Virus record (IMG/VR): IMGVR_UViG_3300048927_000250
Span: 62,001-126,000 of that record
DNA: 64,000 bases
Direction: 5' to 3' (one strand)
Positions 37,337 to 45,163 of this stretch are shown one piece after another; positions within the stretch are counted from its first letter, which is position 1; each line of letters begins with the position of its first letter. The notes beneath the pieces were generated by a model. That model ran no database searches, was not told the origin of the DNA, and saw nothing but the letters and a program-made list of their open reading frames with translations. A program made the position numbers and the translations under genes.

Positions 37337-38116
37337 TTATACGTCGTCTGCATTTTCAGGGAATGCGCGCGTGTCACCCCACATGATTCTTACGCCACCC
37401 ACACCTGCCCCGGCATACGCACGGGCGTTGTCACTCGAACGACGAGCCACCCCTGCGGATACACCACAGCGAGTACCTTTGACCAATGTCCCATACAGCT
37501 GTGAGCCTATCCCGTTGTTCCCGCCACTGATGTTCACGCCGTTGACGGTGTTACTGGTCATGGTACCAGCCTTACCCGCGGTCGTGTCGGTCGGAGTTGC
37601 CCCTGCTGTAGTACCACCGCCGTCTCCGTAGTACCCGCCCGTACCGGACCCCGGCGCACCTTGGGTACTACTGGTTGCAATCCTTACACCACCATCCCCG
37701 CCACCGGCTCCCAGAGAGTTGGCCACCATTGCATCTTTGGTTGCCCGACCACCAGACGCTTTCAAAAGCACGGTGGAACCGCGGAGGATACTGGTGTCCT
37801 TACCGTCTACCCAACCAATCCCACCGGTTGTATACCCAAGGTTACTGGTTCCCGCCCCGACAATGATGGTCAGTGTTTCACCGGGGGTAACTGAAATCGC
37901 ATTGTTGTAGCGCAGGGAGCCACCGACCCCACCAACGGTCGTGGTCACGCCGTCAAAGGTTCCGTACGCTGCATGTGCCCCTGCACCAATAGCCACTGCG
38001 CTGATACTCTTTACGCCGTCGGGTACAACCCAGTTAAAGGTTCCGGCGGCAATCCACATCGCCTGGCTAGGAAGAACCTCGACTTTCTTCTTCCCACCCA
38101 TCACCATTTCTAGCAT
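37337..38116 (-). CDS. Glycine-rich virion protein (259 aa; start moved to MLEMVM)
   Basis: WVVPDGVKSISAVAIGAG...VTPGETLTIIVGAG...GVRIMW glycine-rich domain; tag MLEMVMGGKKK. Confidence 0.75.
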   Translation of the reverse strand: MLEMVMGGKKKVEVLPSQAMWIAAGTFNWVVPDGVKSISAVAIGAGAHAAYGTFDGVTTTVGGVGGSLRYNNAISVTPGETLTIIVGAGTSNLGYTTGGIGWVDGKDTSILRGSTVLLKASGGRATKDAMVANSLGAGGGDGGVRIATSSTQGAPGSGTGGYYGDGGGTTAGATPTDTTAGKAGTMTSNTVNGVNISGGNNGIGSQLYGTLVKGTRCGVSAGVARRSSDNARAYAGAGVGGVRIMWGDTRAFPENADDV

Positions 38117-38178
38117 ACGCACCTCGAAGCATAAAAGAATGACAGCGCTACCCGAAGGTAACGCCGCCATTGTTAGCG

Positions 38179-38748
38179 TTAGACTTTTCGTCGTGTGGCC
38201 AGGAAGTCAAAGAAGGCCCCAACAAATCCACCACCTGCCTGGCTGTCACCTAACACCACCGACATCAGGTCACGGCGCTCTTTGTTGATTAAGCCCATGA
38301 ACAACCAACCAATCCCCATCACAGGACCAACCACCACCAGAACCAGGAACCAGTCCGGGAACTCTTTGCGGTCGATGGACACCCAACAGATAGTGGCCGC
38401 GAACATCAGCGCCATGAGGGCGAGAACCACACACATGGTCACACCAATCACGGCCCGGACTTTCGCTTCCCGTTGGTATTCAGGGGACACGGTTAACGGC
38501 GGTACCGCGTTGGGTGTTTTCTCCACCGTTTTATCATCTACGTCCAGACTCATGAATTCCTCCTGGTGCTCTGGGGTCAAAAGAGCGACAGAATCAATCA
38601 CGTGTTGCAACATTAAGCAGTCGCTACACGCGACGGCAAGCTCTTCGTATCCCTGGAGGGTTTCTACTAAGCTCTTACCGTTACTGAGCTGAATCCCCGA
38701 GACGCCCAGCGTCGTCGGTTTCACTTGTAACAGCTCGCTTACTTTCAT
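38179..38748 (-). CDS. Two-TM membrane protein, holin candidate
   Basis: Two hydrophobic helices in the C-terminal half, basic C-terminus; near the spanin genes. Confidence 0.45.
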   Translation of the reverse strand: MKVSELLQVKPTTLGVSGIQLSNGKSLVETLQGYEELAVACSDCLMLQHVIDSVALLTPEHQEEFMSLDVDDKTVEKTPNAVPPLTVSPEYQREAKVRAVIGVTMCVVLALMALMFAATICWVSIDRKEFPDWFLVLVVVGPVMGIGWLFMGLINKERRDLMSVVLGDSQAGGGFVGAFFDFLATRRKV

Positions 38749-39430
38749 TTTCGTTCAGCCTCGCTTGCACCTTGCTAATCGCTTCCATTGCTTTAGCAAA
38801 GACTGTGCTCATCGGTTGACGTGCATCCAATGTCACAGCATTAGGAGCGTTAGCAGCAAGATTTTGGTAGACTAAGCGAGCGGATTCGTAGCGGGTATCG
38901 AGCTTGGCTTCGATGTCACAGGGTTCATCCCGTCGCGGTACGCCGGGGAACAATTCTTCCCAGTGTGCATCATCCTGCGCTTTACGCCGAGCCAGGGACG
39001 TTTTGTGGTCCAGGTCCAGATAAATAATCAGGTCCGGTTCCAGGTCATTCCCTAACAGCACGTGGAGCTGTTGTGCGAGCTCGTACGTCTCTGGGTCTGT
39101 GTAGGCCAGGGTTGACCAGAAGAAACGGTCACAGAGCACTACAGAGCCTTTGGCGAGGTGTGGACGAATAACGTGTTCCAGGTGTTGACTGCGACTGGCG
39201 TTCAGGAGACAGAGGCGAGTCTGTTCCGTCATCGGTTCATTGTACTTAGACTGCCCGTACTTGACCAGGTCACGGAACTGTTCCGCCAACGGCGTACCGC
39301 CGGGCTCACGAGCCAGAACGACATCGTAGCCCTGGTCTTGTAAAGCAACACTAATCAGATTGCGCAACGTTGTTTTTCCTGCACCATCAAGACCTTCGAT
39401 GTCCAGGAAGAAAGGAATCAATTTATCCAC
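38681..39430 (-). CDS. tmk: Thymidylate kinase
   Basis: IEGLDGAGKTT, REPGGT, CDRF..STLAY motifs. Confidence 0.93.
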   Translation of the reverse strand: MDKLIPFFLDIEGLDGAGKTTLRNLISVALQDQGYDVVLAREPGGTPLAEQFRDLVKYGQSKYNEPMTEQTRLCLLNASRSQHLEHVIRPHLAKGSVVLCDRFFWSTLAYTDPETYELAQQLHVLLGNDLEPDLIIYLDLDHKTSLARRKAQDDAHWEELFPGVPRRDEPCDIEAKLDTRYESARLVYQNLAANAPNAVTLDARQPMSTVFAKAMEAISKVQARLNENESKRAVTSETDDAGRLGDSAQ

Positions 39431-39433
39431 GGG

Positions 39434-40012
39434 TTACTCCGGTTGGTTTTCTTCTATCCAGCGCTTGAGTCCCCACCACCCGATGGCAACGGAGTCAACG
39501 CTGTGTTCGTCTAACAAGTCCACTTCTACCTCAAAGGCAAAGTCCTTGTTCTTCAAGAGGGCATCCCGTACCGCATCTTTACCACCACCACGCCCCGGTG
39601 CACCGACGGCAATCTTCGCCGTCGGCGGGTCCACTAACCACAAACGGGTCTCTTCATTCCAGGCGTACACGGCGTTCTGAATACAGACCACCCCTTCGAC
39701 CAGTGAACGAAACGCCGCAGGGAAGCGCCCCAGGTACGCATCTTCACAACAGACGATGTGGGGATTCAGTTCGGTCAATTGACGCGTGATGAACTCACCG
39801 CACAACCGCAACCTTTTCCCGCGCACACCGAAGATATCAAACCGGGGATTCGACTTCATCACCGATTCCGCATGGAAGGTACGGGCAAACTTTAACCGGG
39901 GGTCGTTGGTTTCGATGTTGTGCTCAAAGTACGAGAACCCCAGTGACTGGCTACCGGGGTCAATCCCGACAACACGTAAAATATTCCCGTCCACGGGCAA
40001 CCTCCTGAACAA
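39434..40012 (-). CDS. ruvC: RuvC-like Holliday junction resolvase
   Basis: GIDPGS, CEDAY, K.AVG.GRGGKD, DEHSVDSVAIG. Confidence 0.88.
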   Translation of the reverse strand: MFRRLPVDGNILRVVGIDPGSQSLGFSYFEHNIETNDPRLKFARTFHAESVMKSNPRFDIFGVRGKRLRLCGEFITRQLTELNPHIVCCEDAYLGRFPAAFRSLVEGVVCIQNAVYAWNEETRLWLVDPPTAKIAVGAPGRGGGKDAVRDALLKNKDFAFEVEVDLLDEHSVDSVAIGWWGLKRWIEENQPE

Positions 40013-40040
40013 AAAATAAAAGCGGGGGACTGTGCCCCCG
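40011..40040 (-). terminator. Intrinsic terminator
   Basis: CGGGGG/CCCCCG stem 40023-40040 followed by CTTTTATTTTTT on minus strand. Confidence 0.7.
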
Positions 40041-40045
40041 TCTTT

Positions 40046-40396
40046 TTAGTAGAACGGTTTACATACCGCAATGAAAAGGATGTCTTTTACCTTTTCGGTT
40101 TCAGGCAGCTGGTCGTACGGCACGAGATTAGGGTGTTTCTTCCCTTCTCTGTCGTAGTCACCGTGTTCCCACCCTTGTTCCATCATCCAGGTTGACCACT
40201 GTTTGTGGGCATCCGCTGGACTGGAGAGTTTGGAATCAATGGCGTTGGCCACCGCGTGGATGTAATGCTCTTTATCGTCCTGTGACAGGGTGTTCCATTC
40301 CGGACGGGTTTCGTTACCGACTTCTTTGGTCCAGACGTTGTTCACGGCATGGGCCTGCTCAGCAATTTTTGCCAAGATTTGAATTGGTGGTTTCAT
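40046..40396 (-). CDS. Stand-alone RyR (ryanodine-receptor repeat)-domain protein
   Basis: H..W..WMMEQGWEHG.YD.EGKKHPNLVPYDQLPETEK.KD. Confidence 0.75.
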   Translation of the reverse strand: MKPPIQILAKIAEQAHAVNNVWTKEVGNETRPEWNTLSQDDKEHYIHAVANAIDSKLSSPADAHKQWSTWMMEQGWEHGDYDREGKKHPNLVPYDQLPETEKVKDILFIAVCKPFY

Positions 40397-40995
40397 TCGG
40401 GTTGCTCATCGTCTGGGAGGCTGGGGTAACGGTAGCCAGCGAGCGTAGGGTAGATAATCGCTTCACTGAGGTCGTTGTTCGGCGGCGTAAAGCCATCGAG
40501 GTCGGTGGTCTTAATCGCAGTGTTCAGGTGCGGTACGCCGTCCCAGAGACCGATGTCAAGAATCCCGTGCCAACCGAGCGAGTCATCGGCGAATATCGCC
40601 GTGAGGTTCCCTCTTCCATCAATAAGATGGACGGTTTGCGTAAAAAGCGAGGAGTCTTCAAAGTCGGTAGCCAGGTACTGCGGTAACCCGTATTGGATAC
40701 AGAAGCGCTTGAGGACGGCTGCAACCGTTTCCCCTTCACGAACCTGCACCATAGGAGTTATCCCTTTGAACAAGAGCGAGAATTCCACCCGGTGGTATTC
40801 GAAATCGCGGTAGCTGAAGAACCGGTTGGTCAAGTCACGGACCCAGATGGTGTTGTTGTCCGTCTGGGAATCGTAAGACTTGTACTCGATAGACAACTCA
40901 GTGGGAGCCCAGTTTGGCCCCTCAGGATTTGCCACCTTAATCAACCGGACCAGCTCGTCACGAATAACCCCCGTTTGCGTCAGGTTATCCATCAC
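40393..40995 (-). CDS. Virion structural protein, paralog of 42013-42861
   Basis: Shared N-terminal L..LIK..NP...NT...YHR motif pattern. Confidence 0.65.
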   Translation of the reverse strand: MMDNLTQTGVIRDELVRLIKVANPEGPNWAPTELSIEYKSYDSQTDNNTIWVRDLTNRFFSYRDFEYHRVEFSLLFKGITPMVQVREGETVAAVLKRFCIQYGLPQYLATDFEDSSLFTQTVHLIDGRGNLTAIFADDSLGWHGILDIGLWDGVPHLNTAIKTTDLDGFTPPNNDLSEAIIYPTLAGYRYPSLPDDEQPE

Positions 40996-41004
40996 GCCCC
41001 CTTA

Positions 41005-41934
41005 TTAGCTGACGGTGATGTTAGAGAGCAGGGAAGAACGTGCCATCGCTAACAGGTCGTTGTTGGCCCCAGAAGACAGCGCAGAGCCCGTCAACATCGG
41101 TTCGGTCGCGCCGACTTCCATGTTGATGTTGAAGCCTTCGTTGTCGATGGACAGTTGTTTGTAGGTGGTCACGTGCGTAATCACCTGGCAACCGATGACT
41201 TCTTTAAAGTTGATGGCGGCACCACCGGCCCCAACGGTTTGGATGTTACGGTCAACACCGGAGCAGAACGCCAGCTCAGAGATGATAGCGCGCTTCTCAT
41301 TATTCCACAGCACCGCCGCCACGTTGAATAGCTCATTCACGTCGAACAGGTCGAAGGCGATGGTCACTGGCATGGTAGTGGACAGGAAGTCGTTAGCCGT
41401 CGTTGTGGCTTCATCCGGTAACACTACCGGGCGCACTGGGTTCAGGTTCGCATTACTGAACACGTACTCTTCGGGTTTAGGTACGCCGTTGACTATCGTG
41501 GTGTGCATGACTTTGGCGGATGTACCGGAAAGGTCAATACGCTTCAGGTAATACGCGAAGTAGTTCTTACCGTTGTGCTGTTCGCTGCGGCGCAGGCCGT
41601 AGTTCAAACGCAGGTCAGCCGACAGGTCGTTGGCTTCTTCACGCAGCACAAACGGGATATGGTTCCAGCACGCACAATCTTCGGGCGCATGTTTGTACAG
41701 GTCGATGATGGTATCGGTCCCGTCGACAATGCTCGAGGTGTGACCTTTGTTACCAATCGCGTAGTAACCAAAACGAGGATTTTCACCCTGGCCCAGAATC
41801 GCATTCTGCTGAATCTGGAGCAATTCGTTGAGGGTCGTACCGGCCAACAGGGGTTGTTGTTTCCCAGCCAGCAAGTTATCTTGCAGCAAGCTGCCAATCG
41901 CCGTCCGGGTTACCGGACTAATCTTAACGGCCAT
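41005..41934 (-). CDS. Baseplate-related structural protein (309 aa; start moved to MAVKIS)
   Basis: Y.AIGNKG...IPFVLR...ISELAFCSG pattern typical of phiKZ-like baseplate/fibre-attachment proteins; GGAG RBS. Confidence 0.6.
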   Translation of the reverse strand: MAVKISPVTRTAIGSLLQDNLLAGKQQPLLAGTTLNELLQIQQNAILGQGENPRFGYYAIGNKGHTSSIVDGTDTIIDLYKHAPEDCACWNHIPFVLREEANDLSADLRLNYGLRRSEQHNGKNYFAYYLKRIDLSGTSAKVMHTTIVNGVPKPEEYVFSNANLNPVRPVVLPDEATTTANDFLSTTMPVTIAFDLFDVNELFNVAAVLWNNEKRAIISELAFCSGVDRNIQTVGAGGAAINFKEVIGCQVITHVTTYKQLSIDNEGFNINMEVGATEPMLTGSALSSGANNDLLAMARSSLLSNITVS

Positions 41935-41969
41935 CAGAGTATTCTCCGGGTTGCTTATTAAAGGGTAGA

Positions 41970-42003
41970 CACATAAGAAACCGGTGGGATGCTCTCCCAC
42001 CGG
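41970..42003 (-). terminator. Hairpin followed by TTTCTTATGTG (terminator and/or late promoter)
   Basis: CCGGTGGGA/TCCCACCGG 9-bp stem; TATG at 41975-41972. Confidence 0.65.
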
Positions 42004-42012
42004 CTCTTAGGG

Positions 42013-42861
42013 CTATGACGGCAAGTTGTAATGCAACACCAGATACCCGGCAACGTTGTCGCACATGTTCTCATCAAGACTGATAACCACACAGTGCGTG
42101 TACCAGAGACTGTTCGCCGGAACCGGGGCTCCGCTAATCAGACCGTTCCACGTTACCAGTGAACCACGCAGGTTCCAGTCCTGTGGCGTTACCTCATTAA
42201 CCCATGGCGTTTCCACCTTGCGGTTAAAGGAGTCCAACGTTTCCCCGATGATTTCCTGCCCTTGTGGGAACAAGGCTTGTAGTTCATCGTAGGCGTACGA
42301 GAAGTCAAAGCCGTACAGGAACAACGGACCTTGAATCTTCACCGTCTGCATGGTTGGGTAGTTAATCCCCGCCAACAGATGGTTTGTCATCACGGTTTCC
42401 AACTGGAGCTTACGGCGTCCGATATGTACGGTGAGCTTCCCGGTAAACGCCGGGTTATTCTCACGCACAACGATATCAACACTGTATGGCACCAGCTGCG
42501 GATTCAAGTAACCGTCGTAGATGTCTGCGGCCGTTAACTGGAACCCAAAGCGCGCATTGATGTCCGATAACAGTTCAGACTTCTGGGTTTGTCCTTGCGG
42601 TGCTACCCAAACCTCAACGTCGGCAAAGATGACCCCGATGTCAGGACGGTTGTGGGTCAGTTCCCAGGTACCTTCGCGCCCGTACTCCGGAACACCAATC
42701 AGAGTGGACTTGGTATTCACTTCCGTATCGGAGGTAATGAACGGTGTGATATCAATCAGCTTCACTTCTTCAGCGGTGAAGTTAATGTTGGGGTTATCCA
42801 ACTTCAACTGGCGGAAAAAGAGTTGCCACGTGGGTAGATTGTAGTAGCCATCGGCAGTCAT
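42013..42861 (-). CDS. Virion structural protein (282 aa)
   Basis: Baseplate cluster; paralog of 40393-40995. Confidence 0.7.
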   Translation of the reverse strand: MTADGYYNLPTWQLFFRQLKLDNPNINFTAEEVKLIDITPFITSDTEVNTKSTLIGVPEYGREGTWELTHNRPDIGVIFADVEVWVAPQGQTQKSELLSDINARFGFQLTAADIYDGYLNPQLVPYSVDIVVRENNPAFTGKLTVHIGRRKLQLETVMTNHLLAGINYPTMQTVKIQGPLFLYGFDFSYAYDELQALFPQGQEIIGETLDSFNRKVETPWVNEVTPQDWNLRGSLVTWNGLISGAPVPANSLWYTHCVVISLDENMCDNVAGYLVLHYNLPS

Positions 42862-42878
42862 CGTTTGACTCCATTTAG

Positions 42879-45122
42879 TTAGTCGTCATCACCGGTGTCG
42901 GTGACTTTAATTAGTTTGAGGCCGGTTAAACGGGTGTTGTCTACCACGAAATTCGGCTCGTCGCCGGTAGCCGGGTAAACCTTTAACCCGTTTAGACGAT
43001 GGCGGTCCATGACGTCCGGGATGGTTGGGTCGAGCACCAGATTAAACCGTACGCCCGGCATGTACATCCGGTGACGGGTTTCCGAGATAGGCGACACCTT
43101 AATACCGGTACCACCACCAATCCGCACATTGAGGTGCGACTTCATCCCGATGTTGCTCAGCAGCGGACTGTTGGCAATGGGGAGTTCAATGCGCATCGAC
43201 GTGTGCTCGTTGGTCTCTTCAAAGAACCGAACGGAGTTGTCAAGGTACAGGTGCTGCCAGCTTTCTTCGCTCTTCACATTGAAGCGCATCGCTAACCGGT
43301 CAGGGGTCAAGTACGGGCCGTCGTTGATTTCTTTCAGGAACTGGATACTGTACGAGGACAGCTGACTGACAATCCCGAGCATCGCCGCTTGAATCTCTTT
43401 CAAGGACGCCACGTGTTTCAGACTCATCCCGGTAACCAGAGCAAACAACGTCTCCTCAATCGCCGCAAAGTCTGCGGTTTTGAAATTGGAGAAGTCCAGT
43501 TGGTTTTCCGCCAACCACTGGTCGTACGTTTTGGTTGGGTCATCCACAATCGCCACACGAGTGTCGAAGTAGAACTGTTGCGTCAACCGTTCCAGGTAAC
43601 CACGACGAACCGGGTCTTCCTGCGTCGAGTACAACACCCGATGCGCTAACCGGTTTCCGTGAATCTGCACCATCGTCTTGTAGAACTCTTCCGTCGAGAT
43701 AATCTTCCCAACCGGGGTGTGTTCTGTTAACGCCAACATTACCATCGTTGGGGTCAAGACCGTCATGTCAGCATCGGCAACCAGTTCGGTGTACTTCGGA
43801 GCCATCACCCGCATGACACCCTGACAAAGAACCGTTGGAATCACGTCCGTAGGCAGCTCGTATTCCTTCAACAGGAAGTAAGTCCACAACACCAACGCCT
43901 GCTTGGCCGTTAACGTAATAGACGTCTGCGTTAAGGGGTTCTCCAGCGCTACAGTGGCGATGTAACGGTCTTGGGTAACCAACCACACCCATTCGTTGTA
44001 GATGGTCTCTACGAGCTTCACAGGCGTGGAATCCGTGTTGTCAATCATCTCGGACTTCACGACCTTGGTCGGCAGCGTTGACACGTAGGTGGAACTGGCG
44101 CGGACCGGAACATCAGACAGCTGGGCTTCCAGGTAATCACTGTTGTCACGCGCCATGGGGACCTGGGCACGGAGTACAGCCGCAATGGTGGTTTTCTCGA
44201 CTCCGGTTGCAGACGCGGCCAAATTGTTCAGTGGAATCTTCGCCACTTCCATTTCCGGGAGAATCTCCGACGGAATGTTTGCCGCGTTCTGCCAAAGTTC
44301 GTAAGCCGCCAGCGGGATATTGCGTTCCGTCAGGATGTTGGTAATCAACTCCTTGAACGTTTCCGCCTTCCCGGCGTTGTTCTCGTACCACGCAATGTTA
44401 CGGTATAAATGTAACGCTTGCTTGGTGGTCAGGTAGTCCTTATAAAGGTGCAACCTGCCGTGGGAACCGAGGTACGCCCAGATGTGATAGCTGTGCACGA
44501 AACGTGTGCCGCAGTTGGCCAACCGGATGTTGAGAATTGCGGGTCCCATCTGCATGAACAATGTTATCCAGAAGGACGCCGGATACATACTTTGGTTGAA
44601 ACCGATACGCGACATCCACCACCGGGTTGCGAACCCCTTTACCCACTTCTGGAGTTCGGACATCAGGTTAGATTCTTGTGACTCCACCAAACTGGTGTCC
44701 CAGGCAAGGATGGAGAAGTCATCGGCTGCTACCGCCACATTGATATCCACCGGATTGATAATCCCGCGAATCAAATCTTTCTGGTCCGGGTAGCGCTCCA
44801 TCAAGGCACGGTGGTAGTCGGAATCAATGCTGTAGGCCTTCGCCGTGGCGCGGTGCACCTGAAGGCTATCATATGTGAACGGGATTTCCTCCAGCGTATC
44901 GAGGGAGACGACAGTCATCACCTCGTCTATACCGTCAACGTATTGTCCCGCCAAATGTTTATAGTAGGGCTGTTGATTGAGCGGAAGTTCCGAAAAGTCA
45001 ACACCTTTGAGTTCTAAGTACGATTTGTTCTGCGCGTCGGAGTTGGCCGCGAACTTGAGCGTTATCGAACGCGCTAACTGGAGAACATTACTCCGATATA
45101 GCACTTGAGTGGTGTCTGCCAT
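42879..45122 (-). CDS. Baseplate wedge-like structural protein (747 aa; start moved to MADTTQ)
   Basis: CAGGAG RBS; divergent from the portal as in phiKZ-like genomes; HSYHIWAYLGSHG motif. Confidence 0.65.
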   Translation of the reverse strand: MADTTQVLYRSNVLQLARSITLKFAANSDAQNKSYLELKGVDFSELPLNQQPYYKHLAGQYVDGIDEVMTVVSLDTLEEIPFTYDSLQVHRATAKAYSIDSDYHRALMERYPDQKDLIRGIINPVDINVAVAADDFSILAWDTSLVESQESNLMSELQKWVKGFATRWWMSRIGFNQSMYPASFWITLFMQMGPAILNIRLANCGTRFVHSYHIWAYLGSHGRLHLYKDYLTTKQALHLYRNIAWYENNAGKAETFKELITNILTERNIPLAAYELWQNAANIPSEILPEMEVAKIPLNNLAASATGVEKTTIAAVLRAQVPMARDNSDYLEAQLSDVPVRASSTYVSTLPTKVVKSEMIDNTDSTPVKLVETIYNEWVWLVTQDRYIATVALENPLTQTSITLTAKQALVLWTYFLLKEYELPTDVIPTVLCQGVMRVMAPKYTELVADADMTVLTPTMVMLALTEHTPVGKIISTEEFYKTMVQIHGNRLAHRVLYSTQEDPVRRGYLERLTQQFYFDTRVAIVDDPTKTYDQWLAENQLDFSNFKTADFAAIEETLFALVTGMSLKHVASLKEIQAAMLGIVSQLSSYSIQFLKEINDGPYLTPDRLAMRFNVKSEESWQHLYLDNSVRFFEETNEHTSMRIELPIANSPLLSNIGMKSHLNVRIGGGTGIKVSPISETRHRMYMPGVRFNLVLDPTIPDVMDRHRLNGLKVYPATGDEPNFVVDNTRLTGLKLIKVTDTGDDD

Positions 45123-45163
45123 GGCCGACTCCTGAAAAGCGGTTAAAGAGAAAGAGGACCAGT

